The position numbers and the translations under genes are program-made. The notes beneath the pieces were generated by a model. That model saw nothing but the letters and a program-made list of their open reading frames with translations. It had not been told where the DNA came from and did not search any database. DNA of 63,740 nt, counting the filler, from Asterionella formosa (lineage: Eukaryota), in the NCBI GenBank assembly GCA_002256025.1. It is 20 parts of 20 records of this genome, joined end to end, with 100 filler letters (N's around TTAATTAATTAA, not from the genome) between each part and the next. Parts side by side here need not be neighbours in the genome. Positions count along the whole stretch, not along the records: positions 31,948 to 33,180 come from NKIB01003517.1; positions 33,281 to 34,512 come from NKIB01003518.1; positions 34,613 to 35,844 come from NKIB01003519.1; positions 35,945 to 55,747 come from NKIB01003520.1; 16 more parts are not named here. The stretch is one strand, 5' to 3'. Below, piece after piece: positions 33,024-45,899 of this stretch (position 1 is the first letter of the stretch; every line of letters begins with the position of its first letter).

Positions 33024-34612
33024 CTCGTTTCGCTTGTTGGGGAGCACCAATGTAAAACCAAACCAAATTGCGTAAGTGCTCTTGTCGCTCGTTGGACCTA
33101 TTCACTTCTGTTGGAACAAAGCTGACAAAACGTTTACCTTCTCTCAAAGTTAGCTAAGATGACAAAAATGTACCGGTAAGNNNNNNNNNNNNNNNNNNNN
33201 NNNNNNNNNNNNNNNNNNNNNNNNTTAATTAATTAANNNNNNNNNNNNNNNNNNNNNNNNNNNNNNNNNNNNNNNNNNNNCCTGGTCTGTTCATTAAAAC
33301 GACTGCCCTAACGCAACAAAGAATAAGTAATAATAAGAAAGGATACGAAATGTGGCATTCCTACAATCCCAGCTCATAAATAAAGAAAGCAATACTGTAT
33401 ACGACAGATTGGTACGGAGTATATTACACGAACATATCGGTAGATCCTGCCTTGCAATTAAGGTTCTTGGCTACCTGGTACTGGTACCTGCAATAGGTAC
33501 GGTACCATCAGATGCATTCAATGCACGCATGTACAAAAGTATCAGGTACCTGGTACCTGGTACCACAGGTTGCGTATAGTAGATACCCAGGTACCTGGTA
33601 GTGGTACCTCGTACTTACAACGGACAGTACCTGGTGCTACCAGTATACAAGGATACTGGTAACAGCACCTGGTACCTCTGGTACCAGGGTACCACAAATT
33701 ACTGCTACCTGGTACCTGGTAACAGGTAGACTGACGTGTTTTGTTCCATTTTTACGAAATACAGGTAGGTCGTATGTAGTGCTACCGAGACTTTGTATAC
33801 CTGTTAGTACCTGGTACCAGGTTACCAGGTACCTGGACCGTACTCCAGTTGACTCATCCTCAAAAGCAATGGAGTACAAATGTGTCCCGTTCCCAAAAAT
33901 CCGGGTTCAAATCTGGATAAAATCTCCGGGTTCTGCGGTAGTCGAGTTGCGCTTTGCTGTGGGAGGGACTTCGGGTGGGTGATTTAGACTATGGTACTGG
34001 TATGTACTACATACATAAGTATAAATTGCGAAAAGCTTGGCAATGCTTTAGACTACTTCCCTGAATTGTATTCAAAGAATTGTGCTCTTCACCCCTGCAC
34101 TAATTTACTGATGATAATCATGCATAGCTGCCGATTCTTGGTTGTTCGATTCAACTCTAAAGCTACTAGAACTTAGCTAATATTCACATTGTTGCTACAT
34201 TAACATCTCTGCTTTGACTGCTTTGATTCATGTCGCACAGTTTGATACTATAGTCCAGTGTTTGCCTGGTATAACTCCATTGCATCCATCCTTGTCTGTA
34301 ATTTAAAAAGTTGGGAAAGCTATCATAATCATTTCGGTAAACAAAGAAGGTACATGACGTTTCCGCAGGCAACATAGGGGATAATAAACTTATCCCATGA
34401 TCCATAACAACAAAATGCTCCATGTATAGTAGGCATGTGGCACTTTAATGGTGAGTTGCATTTGCTTCAGTTTTACCAGACACTTTGACATTTACATAGG
34501 TAAGATATGAACNNNNNNNNNNNNNNNNNNNNNNNNNNNNNNNNNNNNNNNNNNNNTTAATTAATTAANNNNNNNNNNNNNNNNNNNNNNNNNNNNNNNN
34601 NNNNNNNNNNNN

Positions 34613-35036
34613 CATCATTTACATGTCACAGCCCGGATTTTTTCACCTACACCCTACACGGGCGGTGATGATTGTTACCACTACTGACTTGTCAATAACT
34701 TCATCAATATTGGAGCAATCCATACCTAAGAACCACTCAACTCATTGGAAGATAGTACCGAATAAGATGGTATTCCGTTGATTCACAATGGATCAATGCT
34801 ACTCAACATTTACATGTCACAGCCCGGGTTTTTCACCTACACCCTACACGGTGGTGATTGTTACCACTACTGACTTGTCAATAACTTCATCAATATTGGA
34901 GCAATCCATACCTAAGAACCACTCAACTCATTGGAAGATAGTACCGAATAAGATGGTATTCCGTTGATTCACAATGGATCAATGCTACTCATCATTTACA
35001 TGTCACAGCCCGGATTTTTTCACCTACACCCTACAT
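34613..35036. repeat. ~190-bp tandem repeat, 2.2 visible copies
   Basis: CATTTACATGTCACAGCCCGG...CAATGGATCAATGCTACTC is repeated at ~34613, 34805 and 34991 (partial). Runs into the contig start. Confidence 0.92.
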
Positions 35037-35084
35037 CTAAGATGCCGTTTACGGCACTTTTTCGAATTTATGTCTAAAGTGACG

Positions 35085-35167
35085 TATTTATGCTACTTTT
35101 TTAAAATTTTATGTTACTTTTCTAAAATATTATGTTACTTTTTTGACATATTATGCTACTTTTTCCC
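35085..35167. repeat. ~21-bp tandem repeat (TTATG[C/T]TACTTTT core) x4
   Basis: Directly visible degenerate units. Confidence 0.75.
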
Positions 35168-37129
35168 TAATTTATTCGGGTTAAACAAAAATTTATTTCA
35201 CTTATCGAATAATCATGTGATCACGCCAATAATTATGTGTGTTTGTGACAATATATGTTGACCAACTAGCCATCGCAACAGTTTAAAAGCGAAATTATGC
35301 TGCTCTGCCGCAATATTATGCTGCTTTCACCATATAATGAACGAAAGAGTCACCAATTCCGATTCACTTATTATTTTTTCCGCTCTGACATATTTCTTTG
35401 ATCTGAACTGGCAAAGAATAACACATGCAAGAGGAAGATTCACACAGTAGAATTCAGCACACGTAGTAGTAGTTGATGTTGTAGACACATTATTAAGTCA
35501 TTGTTGATTGTAGAGATTACAATAGCCTGCAGATTGGAAATAAAGCACCGTTGGTACTCGTTGAGCATCGTTGAGCATTGCATGTCTCCGTAGTGAATCG
35601 AAATTGAGATGTGCCACAATGGCCTTCTCCGTTTCGGAGCAGCTACAAATAGTCTACAGCGATAACTCTAGCAAGTACAATTTAGAAAAAGAAGGAAAGG
35701 ATGAGTAGCTGACAACCATTGAATTCGTAAATTCGTTAAGAAACAGCTGTTGCATATTTTAAATATTCAATGCATGTTGCCATGATAGTGAGTCAAAATT
35801 GAGATGTGCCGCAATGGCCGTCTCCTTTTCGGATCGGCTACAAANNNNNNNNNNNNNNNNNNNNNNNNNNNNNNNNNNNNNNNNNNNNTTAATTAATTAA
35901 NNNNNNNNNNNNNNNNNNNNNNNNNNNNNNNNNNNNNNNNNNNNCTATAGAGTTCTACACGAAGAGACTATAGTGAATGTAATGTAATCATGTATGCACT
36001 CATTAAACTATAAATGTTAGGTTGCCAGCATGAGCCACAATCTAAACGAATAGAAATGCTCCTTTTTTGGCTATGGTTGGAGTCTAGTAATTGACCAAAT
36101 ACCTGATATTTGGTGGATAAGAGTGTCATCCTTGACCAAGACCAAAGCATATTTTGTCTTGGTCAATGCAGTGGCTAAAATATTTTTGCTTTTTCGACCA
36201 ACACAATGCATCATGATGTTGACCTACAACTTCAGTTGGCTTCTTGGTGACATTTGGTGGTTGATGTGGTGGTGATGCTCTTAAGGTTTATCAGCATGTT
36301 ATGATATACAAAGTTTGGTAATCCGAATACCAAATTGTTATGAACTCCAGTGACCATGCCAATTTGGGTTCGGACAAAATAATGGAAAAGATTCTAACTA
36401 TATACCCTTGCTTGGTAAATGGGTCCAAATTTTGTGGTTTATACTGGAACGGAGTACCCGATACCAGTGTTGTTGCTTGCGTTTCGGATCCTTTGTAGCG
36501 TGGTACATACCACATACTCGATCGACGGTGTGTTTATGCATACTTTGACAGTACCTGGTGATCACCTGGTACCTGGTACTACCAGGCACTTTGCAGCATC
36601 ATTATTTATGTACGTAGAACGAAGTCTGAACGAATGATGACGAACACGACATCATCAGTATTCGCAAGGACGACGTCAGCAGCGGTGCCAATTTGCGCTG
36701 CTGTTGGTGTTGTTGCTGTTAATAGATACCGGTATGCTATACTACCGGCACCTGGTACCAGGTACCAGCTACCCTGAACTATACTCGGTAGACTACCAGG
36801 TACCTGGTACCTGGTATACCACGAGAGGATCGGAACCCAATCACCTTGCACCTTTAATAACAGACAATTCATTCACACGTAATCATACTGATGATGATGA
36901 TGATGGCTACCCGGTATTCATGATCATATGACACCTTCCACAGCTACCGGTACCGGTATTATTCTCGTTTTGCCCTTCCTTCCTATGCAATCATTGTGTT
37001 CAGCTATAGGCTTCTCACACTTTCGCATCCCAGGTACATAGCTATTACAGTAGATTATACATCTGCTTGCTTACATGTATTTACAAGAAGAATATTTCCA
37101 CAATCCAAAGGATCATACATTTTCGAGCG

Positions 37130-38994
37130 ATGAAGTTTCAAAACCTTGCAAGCCTTTCTTTGCTGTGTGCAGCTCGCTCTTGGGCTTTTGTCGTTCCCGG
37201 CTCTAGTAGACAGCATGTTACCACGTACATGACATCTTCATCCGTCTCGGATCCTAGCTGGGACGACGATGTGGACTATAAGCAAGAATTCAATCTGGAC
37301 GCGAACGGCGAACTTCCAGATCCAACTTCCAACTGGAACGACCAAGGCGAAAATCCCAGTCTTGGAATCAGCATCGGCAAGCAAGTTACGCTCACCGGAC
37401 GTCAGATCGCTACCCTCAAAAAGGAGGCAGCTGAAATGATTAATGACAAGATTGATGAAGGGATTCAAGATATTGAGCGAATGCGAATTCAAATGAAGGA
37501 CGACCTAGACAAGTCAAGAGAGCTCATGAAGGTGCAATCTGAGCTGAATGCCCAGCGAGAGGCAGCCATTCTCATGGACAAGATTGACAAGTTGACCGGA
37601 AAGTTTTTGGATTCGAACAAGCAAGTGCGACAGTCCACAGTACTTGCTGCTATGGCTGATGCCGCTACTGAGGGAACAGGCAAGGTGCTAGGGTCGTGGG
37701 GTAGCCTGGGAGGGGTCGACGTGCGAACTTCAGGAAAGTCCCTTTTGGGTCAAGAGGACGAACAAGCGTCTCTTGCAGCTCCCAGAAAGAATAGAATCTT
37801 GATAATTGCAGATGAAACAAAGGTATGCCATGCTTATATGAATTTTAATGTTGATTTCGCCTTGTCACTCAACCACAGCACAATTACTGACTGCAGGATC
37901 CAGTGGCCAAGAATGTGATTCCTGTGTTCAGTTCGTTGCTTCAAACTTCCATGGACGTTACTTTCCAGACTCTCAAACCCACTGAAACTATGCCGCTAGG
38001 AGGAGACGATGCGGCTTGCGTCATTTTCTTCGCAACTTCACTGTCGTCACCTCCCAAGGCTCTGTTGGAGCGGTTGCTGCGTCGAACTCTGCAAGCTGGT
38101 CAAATGCCAGGCTCTCCTCCCACTCAGCTGGTCTGCGTTTCGACAGTTGGCACTGAACGAACCAATAAGTCGCCATACAACATGCAGAATGTACTTGGAG
38201 GGAAACTTACTACTCGTCGCCAGATTGAGGAAAGTATCATTAGCATTGTTCAGGGTCGTGCCGTTGAGCCATCTCTAGACTATATCATTTGCAAGTTTGG
38301 TGACATCAAAGAAAGTGGCGATACTTTTCAATTCCAGCCGGGAGATGTCTTGGATGGGACCACAACTGTGGAGACGGCAGCCAATGTGCTAGTACAAGCC
38401 ATTGCGTTTCAGCCAGCAGCCCGCAACTCTACTTTGTGTGCAGTTGGTAGTCTTCCAAAAGACTTGACACATGAGTTTTGGGACCAAGCTTTCTTGAAAC
38501 TTGATGGCCCAGAGTTGTGGAGAGTTGAAAACCTTGGAGATCCATCTGAATATGGCCAACTTGTGGAATATGTTAGGGAATGGTCTGAATTGCTTACAAC
38601 TGGAAAGAGATTGACTACTCCAACTCGTGCAGAACGGACCAATCCGGCACCTAACCCTGAATTTGAGGGAGTGAAGGCACGAGCAGGAGCAAAGCTGGCA
38701 TTTTTGCCCACAAACACAGGCTCAACCTATCGTAATAAGAAAGAAGAGAGAGAGGCAGAGTCTGCTCCTAAAACTAGTGCCCCATTGAAGGTGCGCAAGG
38801 GCAACACTGATGGAGGTATCGAAGTATTGATCGAAGTAACGACAAATGATGAATTGAGGGTTCGGGCACGACGATGTAATATGGGAGACAAAACAACAAT
38901 CAAGGAATTAAGCGAAGAAGTTATTTTGAAAGAACTCAAAGATAGCATTGTGGTATGGAAGACCAAGTACCGGCATCAAGGAAAAACAAAATGA
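37130..38994 (+). CDS. Uncharacterised plastid-targeted protein: coiled-coil plus Rossmann-like (atypical SDR-like) region (exons 37130-37822, 37897-38994)
   Basis: Signal peptide ends in SWA-F. In-frame GT-AG intron 37823-37896. LVCVSTVGTER..PY, RRQIEE..I, LDYIICKFG and GDVLDG resemble NAD(P)-binding_10-type folds without a clear GxxGxxG. Confidence 0.8.
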
Positions 38995-39618
38995 ACCCAC
39001 TGCTGGAAAAATCAATTGTGCAGATAAATTAGCTGCCATGTTGTTATTTGCTTTTTTTGATAGTTTTTTCAGTACCTTGCCAGTAGCACCCTTACACAGT
39101 AAAAATGTTAGAATATTGTTTGTACCACAAGATCTGTTTGTTTCTTATTGTGCTATGTTGAAAAGAGTGAGCTTAAACTAGACGTAAATTTGAATGAAGG
39201 TCGATCACAACAAACAAATTCATGCATGTTTCAAAGTAGATGTGTAGTTCAGAGGCAAGGTTCATTTGTGTTCCCAACTTGAACTGGTTGTAAATTCCAT
39301 TCACTTCTGAATTTAACATTTGTCCATTTTGACCTCCTAAAAAGTTAGGCCTAACTGCTCTTGACTGAAGATTACCTAAAGAATTATCCTGCTAATAAAC
39401 ACGAAGATTAAACACCCGACAGGTATCCGGGCGACTCAATCTTTGTAATTCGGGCACCGTAAGATGGGGGCCTAAAGGAAGGCCTTGATGATGTGGGGAA
39501 TCATGTTCATATTGTCGAGTACAGATGGCCATCGTCTGCCTGCCAGGAGATTACGTGTCGCGACATGAATACAGTCAAATGACTGAATAATATAATACAT
39601 CATAAATAGACCACTGTA

Positions 39619-39714
39619 CCTGCAAGTTGCGGTAATTTTGCTTGAAATAACAATTTAATATGGGATAAAGATAGCTAAACTTTTAGTTTCAGAAAAATCA
39701 ACCCAACTTGCTGG
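39619..39714. mobile_element. 96-bp MITE, TA-flanked
   Basis: TIRs CCTGCAAGTTGCGGT / ACCCAACTTGCTGG with TA on both sides. Inverted diverged copy at 44038-44132; partial end at ~31178-31201. Confidence 0.7.
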
Positions 39715-40124
39715 TACCTGGCACCCCCTCTGGCAGCTTAACCAGTACCGGTAGATTCGTCGTTTACTGGTATGTGTTTGTTATTAGCAATCTACCCAAT
39801 CCCTGTTGTTCGAGGAATTCAAAATTATTTAAGCCGTTCCGACGCGAACATTTGACAAAATGATAATAGATTCATATTCCGGTATGGTTACCGGTAATAT
39901 AAACCACAATTGTCACCAACAGACCGGCCTTTTCGCTGCAACGCATGTGTAAACCTGGACACTGTTGTTCAGTCGTCATTACCTGGTAGGAGTACCTGGT
40001 ACAATACCAGGTACAAGGTTCCAGACGTGGAACAACATACTGGTAATTACCGTAAGATAGTATTTCATTCCCACACCACACCTGAAAAGGAGCGGATCCA
40101 ATCAAGTGACGCAAAGCAGCAAGA

Positions 40125-41369
40125 ATGATGTCCAAGCGAATTCTCTTGGCGTACTCTTGGTTGATCCCGGCGGTGGTCATGGCCTACCATATGCTCACAT
40201 CGCCCTCTCTAACTCATCTACCGGTAGACGCTCATCGAGCACTCGAAGACAACGCACGTGAATTAAAGTCTATAGAAACATCAGAATGGCCAACTTGGCT
40301 ATCCGAGTACGTCGAATGGCACATGAAAGTGAGACAGGATCCAACGTTGTTTGAAAATGCCCGCATTCTCGTTGTTGATCAGGGTGTCGGTGGTCTGGGA
40401 GATCGACTCAAGAGCCTTCCCTTCTTTCTTTGGATGGCAGCAAAACACAAGCGATTGTTGATGATTTATTGGGATGGGGAATGTGAAATTCAAGAATTCT
40501 TGCAGCCAAGCACTTTCGATTGGAGGATCAACGTTGCCATCGATAAAGATGACATACTAGCGAAAGCGGTTCGCCTCAACAGAATTGGCGACACTGGAGA
40601 CTATTTCCACCACTTGATAGATGATGCCGAATTGGAAAGCCACAACGCTGATCGTGTGCTACAAGCGTTTGGCAATCATCAGTCTCTGACCAAGGGACTT
40701 GCCCTAGTAGTCAAGGATTCGAACAACGATAGGCGGGTTTTAGAGTACGCGTTCTCGAGTCTCTTTCGCTTGGCAGATCCTGTGCAGCAATTGATGGACA
40801 AGACAAAGAACGAACTAGGCTTGGATGGAAAGGACTACATAGGGGTGCACTTTAGAGCGCGATATCCAGGAATATCCAAGATTCTGAGCGCAGACGATAA
40901 AATCGATACACAAGGTATCACCAATGTAACGAAGGAAGTCAAGGATGAACTAACAAAACTTGGTAGCCATGCCATTCAGTGTACACGATTAGCATATGGA
41001 GATGGAAACGTGCTCGTATATTTTGCCTCTGACACGCTCCTGGCCATGGAGATACAACATCAATTGGATGAGAAAATCGTATACTTATCCACTGACGAGG
41101 AACGTCTTCACTTCAGTTACGGAAGGAGCTCGTGCAGTGCGAGATACCCAGCTTTGATTGATCTTTGGATTATGTCGGAAGCTCAATGCATTGGTGTGGG
41201 CGTTGGAGGGTTCAGCATGCTGGCGTCGATGATGAATGGATTCAAGTGCTATACCTTTCATCAGTTCAACTACATGGTCAAACACGCGTTTTCCCAGGAA
41301 AACAATTTCTTTCGTGGTGAGGATGGGAATGTGCCAGAGTGCTACCTACCAGAAACAGAGGAAAAATAA
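40125..41369 (+). CDS. Fucosyltransferase-like glycosyltransferase (NodZ/FUT8/GT11/GT37-type GT-B fold), membrane-anchored
   Basis: N-terminal TM. GGLGDRL, motif I YIGVHFRAR, motif II VYFASD and motif III ALIDLWIMSEAQC...GGFS. Intronless, 414 aa. Confidence 0.78.
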   Translation: MMSKRILLAYSWLIPAVVMAYHMLTSPSLTHLPVDAHRALEDNARELKSIETSEWPTWLSEYVEWHMKVRQDPTLFENARILVVDQGVGGLGDRLKSLPFFLWMAAKHKRLLMIYWDGECEIQEFLQPSTFDWRINVAIDKDDILAKAVRLNRIGDTGDYFHHLIDDAELESHNADRVLQAFGNHQSLTKGLALVVKDSNNDRRVLEYAFSSLFRLADPVQQLMDKTKNELGLDGKDYIGVHFRARYPGISKILSADDKIDTQGITNVTKEVKDELTKLGSHAIQCTRLAYGDGNVLVYFASDTLLAMEIQHQLDEKIVYLSTDEERLHFSYGRSSCSARYPALIDLWIMSEAQCIGVGVGGFSMLASMMNGFKCYTFHQFNYMVKHAFSQENNFFRGEDGNVPECYLPETEEK

Positions 41370-41787
41370 GAGTTTTACTTGCTGCTTTTGATGTTGACTG
41401 GGATTTGACTTGTACGGTAACATTAGGACACCAAACACGTATTCACATTCCTTTTCTCTATGCACACAAGAGTGTCATGGATTTAAATAGATATGACAAA
41501 CAAAAACGAGTATATCCAAGAAGGCATCCAATAGCAATCTATATGTTTTTCTCTGTTTATATTTGCCGCGGCAATTTGTGCCATTCTCATTAGTTAATGC
41601 TGCCCTAGTAAAGGATCGGATGCTAGATGGGCTACAGATCAGCATTGAGAAGCGTACTAAGCAATGTCAATCTGCCGCGATAAAGCAATCATACAAGGTT
41701 ACTGTATTGGAAAAGTAAACACAAATCATGAAGCGTGAAAATGAAAGTATTCTATCAATAACATGGGTATTCGTGGTCACCGACGTC

Positions 41788-43376
41788 TTACATCGATCCA
41801 CGGCGATTAGTCTTGCTTTTATTGTTGAAAGACTTGAGTATTCCAAAGTTTGTGAGGGATGGCCGCCGTGACCTCGGTCCATTGGGGGCAACGTTCTGAC
41901 TACTCATCGACATGCGATGATGCGTTTGGCGAGCATTCTCGCGCTGAATTGCTTGATCATTCTTCATGGTATCAATGCTACGTTCCAGTGAATGGTTGAT
42001 TTGAACCATGGTTGGTCTAGTCTTTGGATTTGACGACCAACCGCACTTCATGACCATAGTCAAAAAGGAAGGCCACAATGGGTCAATTTCAGGTCGGGCC
42101 TTACCCTGGACGACCTTTTTAAAATGGTCATCAACTGACATTCGCTTGAATGCAGGTTGGAGCTTGAACATCTCGTACATGACAATGATAAATGAATAAG
42201 TATCTGCTGATAGATTATATGGTTCGCATAACACTACTTCAGGTGCCATGTACCTTCGGCTTCCAGTTTGGCCTGTGACGGGAAGCCGACGAATAAAATG
42301 AGTGAATGTTCTGTTCTTAATACTGTCCAGGGCTATCAAATGCGTTGACCTTTGTACTTACCCGACATTTTATAAGTTACATTGGTTGTTCGTTGTCGCG
42401 GATCTAATTCCTTCGCCAAGCCAAAATCAAAAAGCTTTAAGGTGCCGGATGCATCAAAACCTGGTGGTGAAGTCATCAGAATAAGTTAGGTGTGATTTTA
42501 TATCTATCAACGATCGATGTGGCTAGCAACAAAATTTTGCACTCACCTATGTTGTCAGGCTTGAGATCACGGAATATTATGTCACGTTTGTGTAAATATG
42601 ACAATGCACTGGATAGGTCATGGGCGATCCCGAGACGCTCCATGAAGTGAAAATAATCATCCTTTTGGTACACTTTCTGCCGGTTTTGAAGGTTGCTCGT
42701 CATCATTTTGTTGTCACGTGCCCTCTCATCCGCTCGCCACTCCTTGATTTTGTCACCAAGTGTGCCTGCCAAACGGTCAACAATCAAGAAGAATCCTCCT
42801 TCGACTCCACTCCTGAAGCCATTTACTCCAGCAGCAGCAATACCATGAAGTGTTAAGATATTAGGATGTACCAGACTGGTTAAGAGCTTCGCTTCAATGA
42901 TAAGGTCGGCAGCACCATTGCAAAAGGAGCTGTGATGTTCGGAACGACGATTAGTGAATTGTGAGTGCACACCAAGGAAGCATGAATCAGACACATCAGA
43001 TCCTTAACACGCACTCTTGATTCGCCATGATTTCCGCCTTCAAAAACTTGATTGCATAGCATGGTCCCGCCCGAGCACAGCATTCAAGTTCCGACCGTCC
43101 ATCTTTTTGGACCTGATCCATAACATCGCGGAGACAACTGGACATTTGGTCGAGATTCCTTTTCAGATCAATGGAGTGCAAGGCATAGACATCATTGAAT
43201 CCACCACTTCCTAACAGATTGTCGAGAACCATTTCATCGCGATCAAAGCGGGGAAGACGGAATTCTTTGACAGGGTCAATGACCACAGAATAGGCTTCCA
43301 TGTCTTGAGCCATCTGCTTGGCACACCGAGCGGCCATTCTGCCTGCTGACTTGGAGCGGACAGCAAGCTCTTCCAT
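41788..43376 (-). CDS. TKL-like Ser/Thr protein kinase (exons 43376-43015, 42929-42547, 42460-42362, 42272-41788)
   Basis: LGSGGFNDVY, YAIK, EAKLLTSLVHPNI, FRDLKPDNIG|FD, LFDFGLAKEL, TGSRRYMAPEV and ADTYSF. Three GT-AG introns restore a continuous frame. Confidence 0.9.
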
Positions 43377-44037
43377 CGATAAGGTGATTGCTGCAGACAC
43401 GTTTAACGGTATTATGTCGAAGCAAAGCGTTCTGATTGCTGCGTTGAGGTCATGACAAAGATGAGAGCAAAATAAATCGAACGCGGACCTCCCGGTTAGG
43501 TATACAGGTATGAACTGGTATTTGCTCACGGGTAATAGGATGACCTTTCTTAAGAGGCCCTCCTAATTCCTGCGACACATCTAATGGTGCAGTACACATA
43601 TACACTCTAAAGGTGTACCGGGACATAGATTGAAACAGTTGCTAACGCGTGTACGAAATTGGGGTGCTAACACTGAAAGAAGACAGCATCCCACCCATAT
43701 CATTGTTTATCCTCGTAATGAGGGAGTACTTATCATATATATTAAAGACATAAAGCGGCAGACTGACTAACACGGAATGTACTCTGCAAGACTTGGTTCT
43801 CGTAATAATTACTACCGGTAGCAATCCCTTTTGCATCAATGCATACATATATGCACTTGCTCATGTATGGATATATATTGATAAACCTGTATGAAGTCTT
43901 TTAAATATATATGATACACTGAATACTGTGCAGTGGGATTGGAGAATAAAGTGAAGTACATAGAAAAGCGGCTTACCAGGTACCGACACCGGTACACGGT
44001 ACTCGGAGAACATTATGGATAACTGCCACCAATGGTA

Positions 44038-44132
44038 ATTGAGAGTTGCGGTAAATTAGAAAAACTAATGATTTAGCTTTGTTTATCCCAAATTAAATTG
44101 TCTATTTAAGGAAAATGACCCCAACTTACTGG
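44038..44132. mobile_element. 95-bp MITE, inverted diverged copy of 39619-39714
   Basis: AGTTGCGGT...TTTATCCCA.ATTAAATTG...ACCCCAACTTACTGG-TA aligns with the reverse complement of 39619-39714. Confidence 0.6.
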
Positions 44133-44150
44133 TACGAGGGTACCGTGGTA

Positions 44151-44171
44151 CCACCTAAAAACTGCGAGTCA
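44151..44171 (+). mobile_element. Isolated TIR of the pogo-like family
   Basis: TA-CCACCTAAAAACTGCGAGTCA is a 20/21 match to the reverse complement of the ends at 811-831 and 53625-53645. Confidence 0.6.
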
Positions 44172-45899
44172 TCATGGGTCCATTTTACTACATAAGAGTC
44201 ATCCTTATTGTTGCTGAATAGAACCCCTAACCAAAAATTTAAAAAGTAGCTGAGGGTTGCAGAAATTCACTGGAATTGGGAATTTTTATGGGCAAATTTT
44301 GAATAACATTACTTTCAACCATTTCATCATCAGGAACCTCTATTACATTTGTGGTTCATTCATTTGTCGTGATTCATTTTTCAACAAATTTGTTCCCATG
44401 ATTATGTGTGTTCTTCATGAGAGAAGGAGCAAAATGCGATGATGTAGGAAGTGACTTTGGAAAAATATACTCTTCTTCAGAGAGAACCAATTGCTTTGGG
44501 TTTCACCTTAGGAAGTGAAGCAATCTTTCTTTCCTTTGTAATTCCGCCACTATTGAATCTGCATACTTCCCTACAATTGACCCAAAAGTAGTAGGTGATT
44601 GAAATAAGTGTTGTAAATTGGTGTGTGGTGCATGTAATTATGAGCTTAACAATTAGTGTATCTATTTCAGCTCATGGTAAGTGCTGATAATGAGAGTAAG
44701 AATCAGTATACTGGTTGCATGTCCAATCTATGTAGTGTACATAGGTACTCACTCTCTATGTAGTTGAAGCATGATAGTCATGATATTGTATCTCAGGTAC
44801 ACAATTATTTGATAGGAATTGCATGCTAGTCATGTGAGCTTACTTGGATGGGAACACACATTTCACAGCCAGGTAACATGTATTGAATAATTTTCTATGA
44901 TGAGTAAGAATCGTATTCAGTATACTGGTGGTAGACTAGTCTTTGTAGGAGAGCCTATGATGATATTGTATACCACCGTATACATAGGACTAATACAATC
45001 TATTCTTACATGGGTCTAGCTAAGTACATATTACTTAAACTATAGGTCACATACTTCATTCTTTTATCTGGAGAGTGTTAAACCAATTCGAATTCATTTG
45101 ACCTGTGTGTGGTAACAAATGATTGTTCTATTGCTTTAAGAAGTTTTTACATTTTCTTGTTGGATGTCACTAGGTTGGAAAGTGTAAAGCAAGACGTTTC
45201 TCAGTTCTTGCTGATTCATCCTTATCATTACATTTCATTTTTGGAATTTGTCAATGGCCCAATATGACAATTAGACAGAACAGTTAATGAGTGAAGAGTT
45301 TGGCTGGAGTACAACCAGAATCCGTTCTGATTCTGATAATTTTTCAACAGAGAAAAATTGCGCATCAACAAATATAATATCATCATGATCCCGTGTGTTG
45401 GTTGTAGTTAATCCAGTATATCGATGAGAAACAACATGATGATACATGTAGTAGTAGCTGATCTTAAAATAATAAAACAATGAGTGATGACATAGTGATG
45501 TATTCTCAGCACAAGAACACAATACCTTTATCATACTGACGCGATATACGCATGCACAAAACGCAATGCCTATTGGTATATCCTGCTGTCTTGATATATG
45601 CATCGACAAAATGCAATATTTATCCTGTTTTTATAAAAAAATTGATCACACATTTATAAGTATTTAAGGTTATAAGATTTGGCTATATTCTTATTATTGC
45701 ATTATCTTATTTAAATTAATTATCGCTCATCACATTATTTTGTCAAAGCACCCAAATGTAATTTAGAAGAAACTAAGCTAGTAGTACTATCACAGCGATC
45801 CTAATAGCACTGGTAGGCACCCTCTCTCACCACGGAGGACGATGTATATTGACAGCTGCACCATCAACTGAGTCCGTTTCAGCGTCACTGCCGCTACAA

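Noticed and set aside
33470..33850. CCWGG/GGTACC clusters as bacterial Dcm/restriction-site or HIP1-like signals, or contamination
   Set aside because: The motifs flank intron-containing eukaryotic genes and are TA-bounded insertions relative to repeat copies. Footprints explain them better.
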